Shown here piece after piece: positions 22,609 through 35,588 of a DNA stretch of 64,000 nucleotides (position 1 is its first letter; each line of letters starts with the position of its first letter). The notes under the pieces were generated by a model. That model did not search any database and had not been told where the DNA came from. It worked only from the letters and a program-made list of their open reading frames with translations. This DNA comes from Macrostomum hystrix (lineage: Eukaryota > Animalia > Platyhelminthes): NCBI GenBank assembly GCA_950097015.1, contig CATNEN010000010.1:1612001-1676000 (forward strand), in the 5' to 3' direction. A program made the translations under genes and the position numbers.

Positions 22609-24711
22609 TGTTGGGTGTGGCTGCCTGTGGTTCAGTCTCAGTGATTGCGTCAGACAAAAATCAACGAACGGAAGTTTGCAGACCGATGTCAATATAAACC
22701 AGTGCGATGGGCCCGACTGTTGATAGATAAGACTGGCCCAGGCACAAACCACTCTCAGCCAATCAGCATCGAGGAAAGGGTTAGACGCAGTGAAATGGAG
22801 TGGGGTGGGTGCTCGGTATTGACCTAAATGATAAGATTGGCCCGTGACTTTGGCTTTGCTTTGGGGTGGTGAGCTGAGAGGTGGTTGGCTCAGAATGCTG
22901 GCGGAGTGGGGTTGCTGCTTACTCAGACGGCATTCGAAGGAGGTGAAGTCCAATGCTTATTTCATTCATTCATGCCCTTGTGGCCTTTCTCAGTGCAATA
23001 CAGTTTTTGCATGTCTCTATCCCGCGAACCAGCCTGTCTTCTTCAAGGCATCAGATTTGTGTAAAAACCACCTATTCTGCTAAACCTATCTGAGCACTGA
23101 GCACTTTCTGAGCTGCGTGACAGAGCAGCCGGCCAAGTTGGCGAGAAAGGAGAGCAAGAAGCAGGATAAATGGGAGGCTGTGCGAGGCTCCAGAAGGCAA
23201 ATGGCTACACGAATTTCCTCTTTTGCTTTCTGCATCATTCGGCGGCACATCTCCGCCCCCTGCGCACAGTCTAGAGGTAATAAATTCCATGGGGCAGGCG
23301 ATTTCTTGTACCAGCTGGCTCCTGAGCAGTGATGGATCGAGGTAGGCAGACTCAAGAGACTCAAGGAAGGAAGGGGAAATTTTAGCGAGCTTCTATCCAG
23401 CAAGTAGCAGCAAGATAAACTAATGCCTGGGGAGAAAGCTAGGGTGGATGGGGAGGCGGGGAAATCAGTGCTATCGACTCGCAGGCCGCTGCTGGGAGAG
23501 CTATCCGTACAGGCAGCGAGGCCATCAATGTCTTTATATTCCGCAAAGAGTAGGGACCCGGATGTGCTTGTTGGCAAAGTTTGAGACGATCAAAGCGCAA
23601 GCTTCAATGACAACAGTATAATGCCAAAAGGGTTATTCCGGGAGGGGGTGGGTGTCGCGGAGGTCGCTCTCTTATTGGCTGGCGCCACCCCAAGCCCTCT
23701 ACATTGGGGAGGGACTCAGGGGTTGAGATTCAGGGGTGGGGTGAGACTCAGGAGAAAATGCTGACGAGAAGGGGAGAAGGCGGTGTAGAAGGCTGGGTGG
23801 AGATGGAGGAGAAAGAAGGCGTGTTGGCGCTAGCCAATTGGATTGCGACCCCCACGACACCCAACCCTTCCCAAGGTAACTACTCCGGTGTCATCCTGTG
23901 TTCATTGCTAAATTAATTAACGATGCTCAATACATCAAATCTAATAAGTATGGCACAGTGAAAAAATCACAACAATGCGACTTTATTTAGCGGCTTATTT
24001 AGACACCAGCTGAGGACAATAGTGGCTTTGTTTCACCAGAGCACAATGCACATTGTTTAGGACATTTTCGTAGGCTAATATATAACTATTGTAGTAGCAT
24101 AGAGGAAAAGATAAATAATTAAAAAATTCAATTAAAAACTTATTAAAAATGAAAATACTTGTCCCCTGTTACAAGAGCAATAACACTACTTTTACGTGGT
24201 ACTTACAAAAACAAAACTTGTACTTTTACAAAAGAGCTAATGTTGTACTTCTACAAAAATACACTCGTAATATTTGTACTTTTAACGAAAACAACTTGTA
24301 CTTTTGAATGTCCAATACTACAATGCTTGCACAGCTACCAAAACCATGCAAGAAAAATACCTTGTACTGGAACAAAATAGGATAAGCAACAGTACAAGAA
24401 AGGTATTTATTAGTTGCTACAGTCACAACCAAAAAGATTGTCTGACAGCTCTACTAAGTCTAATTACATTAGCTTTTAAGAAATTGTTTTTCCTGCTGTG
24501 CGACTGGAAAAGCAATTATAGACAAAAAAACTCATATTAAAACGATGCAAGTTTACAGACGATGCAAGTGTGCTAGACTAAAGTAGTACAGGATTATACA
24601 GCGACTGCAATCAGCTATCGGTTAAAATTAGGACATTGCTGTTTAAAAATGTATTTCCTCAATTTCTAAGAAAAAATTAAAGCTTTTTTTGTTATGCGGT
24701 TTTTAACTATA

Positions 24712-25791
24712 AAAATCCAGACAGGTCATCAAGGGTCAGTGAGTCGATAATCCAGATAGGTCATCAAGGGTCAGTGAGTCGATAATCCAGATAGGTCATC
24801 AAGGGTCAGTGAGTCGATAATCCAGATAGGTCATCAAGGGTCAGTGAGTCGATAATCCAGATAGGTCATCAAGGGTCAGTGAGTCGATAATCCAGATAGG
24901 TCATCAAGGGTCAGTGAGTCGATAATCCAGATAGGTCATCAAGGGTCAGTGAATCGATAACCCAGATAGGTCATCAAGGGTCAGTGAGTCGATAATCCAA
25001 ATTGGTCATCAAGGGTCAGTGAGTCGATAATCCAGATAGGTCATCAAGGGTCAGTGAGTCGATAATCCAGATAGGTCATCAAGGGTCAGTGAGTCGATAA
25101 TCCAAATTGGTCATCAAGGGTCAGTGAGTCGATAATCCAGATAGGTCATCAAGGGTCAGTGAGTCGATAATCCAGATAGGTCATCAAGGGTCAGTGAGTC
25201 GATAATCCAAATTGGTCATCAAGGGTCAGTGAGTCGATAATCCAGATAGGTCATCAAGGGTCAGTGAGTCGATAATCCAGATAGGTCATCAAGGGTCAGT
25301 GAGTCGATAATCCAGATAGGTCATCAAGGGTCAGTGAGTCGATAATCCAGATAGGTCATCAAGGGTCAGTGAGTCGATAATCCAAATTGGTCATCAAGGG
25401 TCAGTGAGTCGATAATCCAGATAGGTCATCAAGGGTCAGTGAGTCGATAATCCAGATAGGTCATCAAGGGTCAGTGAGTCGATAATCCAGATAGGTCATC
25501 AAGGGTCAGTGAGTCGATAATCCAGATAGGTCATCAAGGGTCAGTGAGTCGATAATCCAGATAGGTCATCAAGGGTCAGTGAGTCGATAATCCAGATAGG
25601 TCATCAAGGGTCAGTGAGTCGATAATCCAAATTGGTCATCAAGGGTCAGTGAGTCGATAATCCAGATAGGTCATCAAGGGTCAGTGAGTCGATAATCCAG
25701 ATAGGTCATCAAGGGTCAGTGAGTCGATAATCCAGATAGGTCATCAAGGGTCAGTGAGTCGATAACCCAGATAGGTCATCAAGGGTCAGTG
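24712..25791. repeat. 35-bp minisatellite (GATAATCCAGATAGGTCATCAAGGGTCAGTGAGTC) just 3' of the PH-domain gene stop
   Basis: About 31 highly homogeneous copies. Confidence 0.96.
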
Positions 25792-25844
25792 ATTTTACTG
25801 CCACTTTCCTTCGTCACTGTCGAAGAAGTTTTCTTTCATGCCAC

Positions 25845-28800
25845 TCAGAAGCTGCCCTTTTTCTTCCGGCCGGTGCGGTCGGTTCTGTCAATCCTGGCGA
25901 TGGTGACCTCCATGTCTCGAAGCTCTTCGTACAGGTCGGACATCTGCGAGTTGAGGTTCTGGATCTGCTGCGGCGTCAGGCACGACTCGCGCTTCTTAAC
26001 TTCGGAGCGAAGTGAGTCCAACTGGAAACGGCGGGTCAGGTCCAGGTCGGTTCACTCTGGGTCAAGGGTCAAGATCTGGTCACCTGGGGGTCTCACCTGA
26101 ATCTGAGTAGAAATTCTACGGCGTTTGAGCTCGGCTATGGCCTCCGGTGTCAGCTGATCCACCGACTCGATTGAGGAGCGACGGTACTGCGGGCCAGGGA
26201 TTAGCGGGTCAGGGATTTGCAGTTAGGGATTAGCAGTTAGGGGTTAGCAGTTAGGGTTTAGCGGGTCAGGGATTGGTGGGTCAGGGACTGGTGGGTCAGT
26301 GATTAGCTCGTCAGAGATTATAGAGTCGACGATTGCTAGAGCATCTATATACAGGTCGGATATTAGAGTGTTAGGGATTGTCGGCACAGGGATTATCGAG
26401 TCATGGATTAGCTGGTCAGGGATTAGCTGGTCAGAGATTAGCTGGTCAGGGATTAGTTGGTAAAGGGATTAGCTGGTCAGGGATTAACGGTTCATGGATT
26501 AGCGGACAGGGATAATCGATTAAAGGGTTAACTAGTGATTAGCGGTTCGGTTATTTGCATTTCAGGGATTATCGATTCAGGGAATGTGGATCAGGGAAAT
26601 GGGTCAAAAAAACTAGTTTTAAGAGGGCAATGCTGAAGAAGAAATTTTTAAGTCTTTTAATTTCGACTTTTTATGTTACTTTTAGGACACGCCGGCTAAA
26701 TTTTAGCCTCAATTGAATCTCTCACGTAAATAAAATTCCTCCGGCAGAGGGAACCGGTGAGGCAGGTCGCAGGTGTCACCTAAATGGGATCTGGTACTGA
26801 GGAACTTGTTGGAAAAAGGGAGAAAAACAATACAGGCTGGGAACTGGTTAGACTAAAGTGCAGGAAGTCCGTTGGAACTGATGAGGCAGCCGTGAAGCAG
26901 CTGTGATGGATTTATTACCCCAAATGGCGAAGTGAGTGGAAATTTTTTTTCATAGCGAATCGAATAGTCTAGCAATCCATTCTACTCCTTAGCCAATGAA
27001 ATAGTCTAGCAATCCATTCTACTCCTTAGCCAATGGAATAGTCAAGCAATCCATTCTACTCCTTAGCCAATGGAATAGTCTAGCAATCCATTCTACTCCT
27101 TAGCCAATGGAATAGTCTAGCAATCCATTCTACTCCTTAGCCAATGGAATAGTCAAGCAATCCATTCTACTCCTTAGCCAATGGAATAGTCAAGCAATCC
27201 ATTCTACTCCTTAGCCAATGGAATAGTCTAGCAATCCATTCTACTCCTTAGCCAATGGAATAGTCTAGCAATCCATTCTACTCCTTAGCCAATGGAATAG
27301 TCTAGCAATCCATTCCACCGCATCATTCATGACTCACTCCGCCATCCTCATCCAGATCGTTGTCATCGCCGTCCGCGGTCTCTACGCAGCTGTTGACGGT
27401 GATGATGGGAGCTGGCCGAGACGGGCCTGCCATGGCCGCGGTTGTCACGAGCACGCCAGAGTATTTGGGCGAGCGAACCGGGGATGTGGCTGCGGGGGTG
27501 GCGTGAGTCATCCAGGCTTCACGAAGCTATCCACAATGTCCTATGATTCAAGACCTGTCACTCACGCATGGCGCTAAACTCATCCAAGTTGGTGCAGGAG
27601 GCCATCAGCTCGCGACTGCCCCGATTCTGAAAATGTACAGTTCGCTTCAATTGCTTCAGCGCGTACTTTTCATATTGGTGTGAAATGCCGTCAATATGCT
27701 CGCCCAACACTCGATGTGGCACTCGCGCGTCACAGGGGAGAATTCCTCGTATTCTGGGTGGTGCTTCCACACAATGCCATCCTCATTCATGCTGTGCCAT
27801 CTCGGACCAACCCCTCCTCCGCTCCTCTCACCCCCAGGGCTGTCTGCGGAAACACTTTCTGCCTAAAGGAGACAGCGGAGTCCGGGCCCGGCTCGTCTCA
27901 TCGTGCTCACGAAGCGAAATGAGCACACAGCCAGCCTACAGCGAGCTGCGGATTAGCGGCACCCGGATCGGAGCCAGCTAATTCAGATATCATGCTCAGT
28001 AGTGCAGGCCTGCTCGGTACAGTCACTTTGCCATTTTACTCTACGCCGCATAGTTTCCCAAACAGAGAGCTCACGATTCCCAGGCCTAGTTTTCCCTCCT
28101 TTCTGGTGAAGGAGGTCGGCGATTGCTGGCCACTGTTGTTAGCCGACGACAAATTGTGAAAGGAGTTGCTGAGGCCCGAGATGCGCCTGGCCTGCAGGCT
28201 ACTGCCGCCCTCCAGGCAGCGCTCCCTGTCCGGTCGCTTCTCCCCGGCCATGGCGTGCCGCAGGGCCTCCTCCCAGCGCTTGAAGTCGAACCGGTCTAGC
28301 GGAGTGAGGTAGACGCTCTTCTTCGAGTTGGCGAACCGCAGCACCAGGGTCTTGATGCCCCCGCCGCTCATGGACATTGCGGTGGCCAGCTGCTGCTCCC
28401 GCTTGCTCTGCTCCTTGGTCGGAGGCTCGTCCTGGATCTCCAGTTGGCTGAGGCTCTCCAGGTTCACCTCGTAATCGGCATTGCAGGCGCTGGAGCGTTT
28501 CTTGAAGATGTAGACAGTCTGGCCCTTCAGCACCGTCCAGAGCTTCTGCCGCTTCGACTTGGCCTTGCGAGTAACCTTGAAAGATTGCAGAGTAATTTAC
28601 CTGCTAGTATCTAAAGTTCATCGGGGGTCAGTGGCAGAGCGGTTATCGCGTTTGCCTCTCGCACCACGGTCCCTAAGTTCGATACCACGGCGAGGCCACA
28701 TTTATTTGGGGCGCAGCCACGGAGAGAAGGCTTGGGGGCTTGTCGTGCAATTTACGCCCTTAAGGGCCAACCTCCAAGACACAGTGAAGTGTACACTGCC

Positions 28801-30179
28801 TGACGATGAGAAAGTCAGGGCAGATGTACACACTTGTGTGAGCGTGTGCCTGCGTACGGTATCTGTGTGCGTGTGTGCTCAGGAGTCAGCGAAATGGGCA
28901 GAATTGCCTCCTCGCTGGCTGCGGGTCTAGTGTCACCAAATTATGTGTCATTGCCCGCAGCCCTCCTGCAATTATTATTATTATTATCTATAGTTAATTA
29001 GAGTGAAATTCTGTTGTTACAACATAAGCCATAGTGCAATATCCCCCACAACTCTCGCAATGAAGTGTGATATTCAGATGAATCCACATCATTGCATCAT
29101 CACTAGTTGAATAGGGCTCATTCATCTAAACTCAGCCAAATGCAAATTCAAACAGGAAGTATCTGACATTTCGTTTACACATGATAGCGAGTAGAAAGCA
29201 TCAAGAGAACAACGCGTGACGTGCAGCTGTTGAATATACTCTGAAGATGCTCTGTAGACTGGGATCTTAAATACAATTCTGTGGAATTAGTTATTACCTG
29301 CAAGTTGCCCTCCAGATCCGGATTGGCGATGGCTCCGTAGAACATCTTGGAGTTCTCATTGATTGGCGCCCGAATGCTGAAGTAGCCCCACAAAGAGTCG
29401 AACTTCTTCTTGAAGAACTTGGTTGAGCACGGGCTGGACGACAGAGGCACCTGCGACAGCAGCGACGCCTGCGAGACGTGGCGCGGCGACTCCAGGCCCA
29501 GAAAGTTGGGTTTGGCGTCTCCGGGCATGCTGAGGAACAGGTATGACAGGTCCAGGTCCCGGTGCGCGCACAGCAGCTCGAACAGGCTCTGAGGATTGTA
29601 CAGGGAGGGTGTGAACTCCAGGGTGAGGTAAGGCGCGGCCAGCAAGATGGAGAAGCCGCTGATGAGCTCCAAGGTGAAGCGGTGCAGGCAGACGGTCAGC
29701 TGTGGCGTCAGGCTGGGCGCGGCCGCCTGCCATTCGGACCGGCCGACGCCCCGCGCGGCCCACTTCTCAAGCAAGTCGGAGCTGCAGTTTGTGGCGCCAG
29801 TTGAAGGTCCCGCCGAGGAAATGGAGATGGAGACGCTGGATGAGGCTACGGCAGCGGCGGCGGTTGGGGCGGCGTTGGTGGCAGCCGGCTCGGCCTGAGC
29901 CATCAGCAGGAGGCCGTCAGCCAGAATGAGGAGCGTGCCGCGGCGCTGCTCTCCCAGCGGTCCGTGGCGAACTTCACAGACAAAGTCCGGCAGTAGAATC
30001 TCCGTTGGGAGCAGCAAAAACTCGTTGGCCTCGACATGAGCAGCCGAGCTCTCGTGGTAGGCCTTCAGGCGTTGAAGGCAGGTTGGCGTGAAGGTGGACT
30101 GGCGGGCGCGGACTACCTTGTGCGTGTTAGTCAGGGTGGTCAGGCGCGGCTTCACGTAGGTGTCCCAGCTGAGGCTCAT
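25845..30179 (-). CDS. PH-domain protein with C-terminal coiled coil, at least 6 exons, ~629 aa from ATG 30179; may extend further 5'
   Basis: Exons 30179-29298, 28575-28075, 27626-27566, 27516-27338, 26186-26097, 26021-25845; phases consistent; 1890 nt. PH signature across the splice: IANPDLEGNLQ|VTRKAKSKRQKLWTVLKGQTVYIFKKR...VNLESL...SVYLTPLDRFDFKRWEEALRHAM. Heptad-like tail LDSLRSEVKKRE...IQNLNSQMSDLYEELRDME. An acceptor at 30188 and a candidate upstream exon 30883-30665 (phase 0) are unverified; the small middle exons are less certain. Confidence 0.72.
26195..26600. repeat. Highly degenerate ~15-bp repeat (GGGATTAGC.GGTCA) in an intron of the PH-domain gene
   Basis: Recurrent GGGATTAG...GGTCA with many substitutions. 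Confidence 0.75.
26962..27315. repeat. 37-bp minisatellite (GAATAGTCTAGCAATCCATTCTACTCCTTAGCCAATG) next to an intron donor of the PH-domain gene
   Basis: About 9.5 copies with period 37. Confidence 0.95.
28623..28987 (+). mobile_element. tRNA-derived SINE, full length (~365 bp), copy 1
   Basis: Pol III A box TGGCAGAGCGG (28632-28642), B box GTTCGATACC (28677-28686), (ATT)n tail at 28971-28987. Degenerate 15-bp TSD TATCTAAAGTTCATC (28608-28622) / TATCTATAGTTAATT (28985-28999). Closely similar second copy at 31829-32185. Confidence 0.88.
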
Positions 30180-31552
30180 TGTGCTCAACTGAAGCAGTGA
30201 TTGCAGCCGGCTCACTGGCAACAGGTGCGCCTGACTTGAAGTCCCGAGTAGAAAGGCAGAGACAGCCGGGGCGGTGAGGCGGGACAACAAAGAGAAGGCG
30301 AGCGAGTCTGCAGCAATTTTCTTCTCCTCCTGTCGCCACTCTGTCACCTCCGCTGCCTTTCGCGTTGCTGGCAGAGAGGGGGAAATTGTGTCCGGTCGAC
30401 CGCTCTATGCGGGCGGGCGAGCAGCCGGTCAGGGATCGGCTCTGATTGGCCAGGCAGAGTGAGAACAGTTTGAGTGCGGCTTTGGATGCCGTGAGTATGT
30501 TATGAGCAGTCTCAGCCAGCCAGTCAGCCAGCCGCCAACAGGTCGGACGCAACCTGGCGGATCCGGCGGTCCGCGGAGGTCGCTGGCGATCTTGGCACAG
30601 TTTGCGTGGGTGGCGCATGCCTTATCTGTCTTGCAGATTGTGGGAACTGGCCCCCCCGGCTGACTTGCGGAGTGCGTGCGGAGAGCGGAGGGATGAGGGA
30701 GAACCGAGAACGAGGACTTTTAGCTGTCAGGCGAAGGCGGTCCTCCAATTCTTGGGTTTTTAATCTAAACGGATGGCCTCTCTTGACCCAATCCCATGGC
30801 TCCGCGCTCCCGTTTGAAAGCCGGATAAATCCCACCCGACCTGGGTCGAAATCCTCATACAGAAGGCAAGCCACATTATGCACCTTTGTGCCCTTTTTCT
30901 GCTCTAAACTCTAAGATAGACGGCAGGAGGTGAGGGGCCGCCTGTTTTGTCCCAGCCGTTGTTTTCCTCTTCTCAACAAAAAAGGCTTCCCAATGCGTTC
31001 TGGGTGAGGCGGGCGGGGCGCCGTAGACAGGTGGCTTGTAATTAAGGCTCGGCAGGCACAGGTGCAAGCATTTTACTAATTAGACTGCTGCTGCTGCCGC
31101 CATCATTCAATACTTCCGCAGCTTCCCTTAGGGAGGGTCTACTAGCGAGGAAAAGAAGGATGCAGGGGGGCGGAGCAGCGTGAGATGAAGACTCGCAGGG
31201 CCGGGTGGGTGAGTAACTGAGAGCAGCAGTTCTCCTGATATTTCCCGTTTGCCGTTGCGGCATTCGTGACCGCGGGGAGGGGTGGGTGTTGCAGAGCCGA
31301 GCACCGAACTGAAAGTGTCGTCCGCAGCTTTTATCCCCACGAAGGCGGGTGCTTGCTGCTGCAAATCCCACTGAGTATTTAGCTTTCCCATCCGCATGAG
31401 GGCTCAGTGCCATCCCCAATGCCATCCCCAATGCCATCCCCAATGCCATGATTTCCTTGGGGAGCCTGAAGTGGCGTGTGAAAAATCCTTCCGAGGATTT
31501 GGAGTGTTAGAGACACTGCAGGGGCCGTAGACAGATACGTGTACTGAAGGGG

Positions 31553-31830
31553 ATTCTGAGTGGATACTGAGTAGATACTGAGTAGATACCGAGTAGATAC
31601 TGAGTGGATACTGAGTAGATACTGAGTGGATACTGAGTGGATACTGAGTGGATACTGAGTGGATACTGAGTAGATACTGAGTGGATACTGAGTAGATACT
31701 GAGTAGATACTGAGTGGATACTGAGTGGATACTGAGTGGATACTGAGTGGATACTGAGTTGGTACTGAGTGGATACTGAGTAGATACCGAGTAGATTCTG
31801 AGTGGATACTGAGTGGATACTGAGTGGATA
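31553..31830. repeat. 11-bp minisatellite (GATACTGAGTG/A) abutting the SINE tail
   Basis: About 25 copies; the unit is contained in the SINE TSD. Confidence 0.94.
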
Positions 31831-32185
31831 ATAATAATAATAAATTAATGCAGGAGGGCTGCAGTCAATGGCACATCATTAGGCCCGCAGCCAGCGACGA
31901 GGCAATTCTGCCCATTTCGCTGACTCCTGAGCACACACGCACACAGATACTATACGCAGGCGCACGCTCACACAGGTGTGTACATCTGCCCTGACTTTGT
32001 TATCGTCAGGCAGTGTACACTTCACTGTGCCTTGGAGGTTGGCCCTCAAGGGCGTAAATTGCACGACAAGCCCCCAAGCCTTCTCTCCGTGGCTGCGCCC
32101 TAAATAAATGTGGCCTCGCCGTGGAATCGAACTTAGGGACCGTGGTGTAAGAGGCAAACGCGATAACCGCTCTGCCACCGACCCC
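31829..32185 (-). mobile_element. tRNA-derived SINE, full length, copy 2
   Basis: Reverse complement of copy 1 (head GGGGTCGGTGGCAGAGCGG, B box GTTCGATTCC, (ATT)n tail). Perfect 15-bp TSD TACTGAGTGGATAAT at 31818-31832 and 32186-32200. Confidence 0.9.
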
Positions 32186-33114
32186 TACTGAGTGGATAAT
32201 GACGGTACAGTGAGGGGATAATGAGGGGATAATGGGGGGTACTGAGTAGGTTCTCTAGGCGATGCTGAGACAATTCTGAAAGACACTGCGGGTGTCTTTC
32301 GCTTTGAAAGACAAAGCGAGACCGAGAATGCTTTAGGAACACTGATTGGGTGCAGGTAATCTGTAAAAAACGGAAAGATTATTCCTAGGATAGCTGCTAG
32401 TTCATGTCTGATGGATTTTCTGTCAGACTGAAGGCCTTCTCTGAAAATGGCATTGTCTGGTGGAGACAAGAACCTGTAATTAGCTTCATCAGCTCAGCCA
32501 GTTTACACGACTGAAACTGTCAGCCGCCGCATCTGAGGTGAAAATGCTCAGCATTTTTTCTGTTATATTTGAAAACTGATTTCGAGTCTGTCTACTCGCG
32601 CCGCTTTCTACTAGCATAGTAGTGAGGCTGGGAGATTTCTGCGATGCCTGGCTCTGCATTGGAAAACGGGAAAAAAGATGATAATAAAAAGTAGAAATAA
32701 ACATGTTGACGGCAATAATTGGAAGCGATTTCAAATCTCGGAGAATCTCCGTCTTCAAGGAGGCGGCGTGGGAGAAGATCCTGAAGTAATTAAGTAGTCT
32801 CGGGTGATGGACGCTCTGTTTTTGTCTGCTTTGAAGCGGAAAATTTATTGATAAATTTACTTGATCAACTTTTTTGATAAAATATTACTTTGTCTGGCTT
32901 TCCGCGAAATAATTTTCGATTGCAGCCATGGTAACCATGGTAACTTTTGCATTTTCGATACTGTTTTTAGTCAGCTTTCGGTTGTACTTTTGCAGCAATT
33001 TTCTTTAAATAAACAGAAAGATTGATGCGATAATTTTGCTGAAAAGGGCGACTCATCATTATCATATCCATAAATAAGAGGAAATTGTGAGGATAAAGGT
33101 AGGGGGAGAGAAGG

Positions 33115-33640
33115 AGAGAGAGGATGGGAGGACGGAAGAGAGGATGGGAGGACGGAAGAGAGGATGGGAGGAGGGAAGAGTGGAAAGGGGAGGAGGGAAG
33201 AGTGCAAAAGGGGAGGAGGGAACAGTGCAAAAGGGGAGGAGGGAAGAGTGGAAAGGGAAGGAGGGAAGAGTGGAAAGGGGAGGAGAGAAGAGTGGAAAGG
33301 GAAGGAGAGAAGAGTGGAAGGGGAGGAGAGAAGAGTGGAAAGGGGAGGAGAGAAGAGTGGAAAGGGAAGGAGAGAAGAGTGGAAAGGGAAGGAGAGAAGA
33401 GTGGAAAGGGAAGGAGAGAAGAGTGGAAAGGGAAGGAGAGAAGAGTGGAAAGGGGAGGAGAGAAGAGTGGAAAGGGGAGGAGAGAAGAGTGGAAAGCGGA
33501 GGAGAGAAGAGTGGAAAGGGAAGGAGAGAAGAGTGGAAAGGGAAGGAGAGAAGAGTGGAAAGGGAAGGAGAGAAGAGTGGAAAGGGGAGGAGGGAAGAGT
33601 GGAAAGGGGAGGTGGAGAGAGCGGATGGGAGAGGGGAGAG
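33115..33640. repeat. 22-bp polypurine minisatellite (GGAGAGAAGAGTGGAAAGGGAA)
   Basis: About 24 copies; nearly all purines on the + strand. Confidence 0.93.
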
Positions 33641-34152
33641 GAGGATCGCCTAAAGACCAGCAGGAACTGACACGGTAAAATGAAGAAGCCTGTTAAAATT
33701 GAAAGAAAGTGCTAGATTTTCTATCATAATCTTCGCCAGAGCAGAGAAAACGAGGAAAGGGGAGAGGAAGGAGGATGAGAAGGAGAGGGAGAGGGAGAAA
33801 GACGGTGTGGGGTTTGAGAGGAAATAGATGATGTGTATGCAAAGTGCAATCTGACAAAAATCCCAATGAAAAAGGATCTATTTAGCGGTTTCAGTTTAAT
33901 ACGAGTAAAACAGGCATTATAGCTCGTACTAGTGATGCATGCAATAAATGATTTGAGCACAACAGGAGCTGGGGAAGAGGGAGGCCCAGCTATTTATCTC
34001 ATTCATGTCACAAATAAATCTATAATAAATTTGCAATCTGATTATTGATTTGAAACACCCAGCTAAATTTAGCAGCCCTAATTAATGCGAGCGACCCCGC
34101 CCCGGTGCTGCTGGGAGAGCATTGGGATGGGCTGGAGTGAATTGTGTACTGA

Positions 34153-34540
34153 ATGAGTGAGTGAGTGATTGAGTGAGTGAGTGAGTGAGTGAGTGAGTGA
34201 GTGAGTGAGTGAGTGAGTGAGTGAGTGAGTGAGTGAGTGAGTGAGTGAGTGTGTGAGTGAGTGTGTGAGTGAGTGAGTGAGTGAGTGAGTGAGTGAGTGA
34301 GTGTGTGAGTGAGTGAGTGAGTGAGTGAGTGAGTGAGTGTGTGAGTGTGTGAGTGAGTGAGTGAGTGAGTGAGTGTGTGAGTGTGTGAGTGAGTGAGTGA
34401 GTGAGTGTGTGAGTGAGTGAGTGAGTGAGTGAGTGAGTGAGTGAGTGAGTGAGTGAGTGAGTGAGTGTGTGAGTGTGTGAGTGAGTGAGTGTGTGAGTGT
34501 GTGAGTGAGTGTGTGAGTGAGTGAGTGAGTGAGTGAGTGA
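34153..34540. repeat. (GAGT)n microsatellite with GT interruptions
   Basis: Direct inspection, ~390 bp. Confidence 0.96.
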
Positions 34541-35588
34541 AAGTTGAGATGATGGACCAGCTGAGTCCATAGGTAGAAAAGAGCGTCAAAGGTCTGAGAA
34601 GCGAACCCGGCACAATGGCTGTCTATTTTGGCCAAACAACAGATTTTAGGTATCTCACAATCGGACTGGGGAGAGAAAAGTTCAGCAGGCCGCCTCTCCA
34701 GCCCTCAGTCAGGCAGAGCTGACAGCCACCCTGACTGCGTGAGCGCGCGGGCCAGTCCTTGGGCAAGCGCAACCCCAGCGCGGTGTTGTGGACACGGAAA
34801 CAACACTGCGGGACTGGGCTAGGGGGCCTCAAGTTGCCCTGCCTCTCATCCCCTCTCCTCCTCTGTGCCTTCTCGTCCCGATCCTCTCTAAACTCAGCTA
34901 GAGCCGCTTATGCCACGCATCACCGACTCCCAGACTCCCCTGAGCCTCATCCTCGCCCTGGCCCGCCACCCCGACGGTACACTGAAGTATTTTTAGCCGT
35001 TCTCAGCCCTCACCTTCGGCCGCCTCCTCTCCCCGATTGCAGCTCGGCTCAGCATCCAGATCTACCCGAAAACGTCTTCGCCATCCTCCGCCCTCCCCAC
35101 CCCAGATTCGGGCTCGGAGGGACAGAGAATTTTCTTCCTCTAGGAAGCAGCGGCCCAGCGTCTGAATCGATAGCCCAACCTCCCCACGCAATCCGCCTCC
35201 GCCTTGAACACCCCTGCCAAACTCAGTTGGCTGAGCACAGTCTGAGCACGCATCTTCGTCTCCGACCTCATCCGCCGCGTTTCTCGCCGTCCAATCAACT
35301 CGGCTGAGGCCTTTGCTGCCCCAACCCCCACCCGGCTAGCATCGATCACCCGCGGCCGGAGCGGTGCCCAGACTCCCCTGTAGCAGCCTGCTGCGGAGTC
35401 CTATAAGATCCCCAGCCGCCCTGCCCTCCTCTGTTCCAGCAGCTCCGAATCCTGAGTCCGCTCGACCAGCGCCGATCGAAGATTCCTGCTCAGACAGCTC
35501 GGCCAACAGCCAACAGACCACTGCGATTCTCAGAACTTGGCAAATTTGTTCAGCGCCTTAAATCACAAAACAGCAGCAGTAGAGCGGA

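Noticed and set aside
28623-28700. tRNA gene
   Set aside because: Has A and B boxes but no clean cloverleaf or terminator, and continues into a repeated body with tail and TSD, so it is a SINE head. The 99-123 aa ORFs over both SINE copies are also non-genic.
31128-31397. GELLLSVTHPPGPASLHLTLLR, resembling the start of a C2 domain
   Set aside because: Similarity stops after ~20 residues and the ORF ends; probably chance.
32185-32758. Possible extra upstream exons of the PH-domain gene
   Set aside because: Acceptor and donor candidates exist, but I could not build a phase-consistent chain; left unannotated.
33087-34635. Gly/Glu/Arg/Lys-rich and Thr/His/Ser/Leu-rich (mucin-like) ORFs
   Set aside because: Translations of the purine 22-mer and the (GAGT)n microsatellite.
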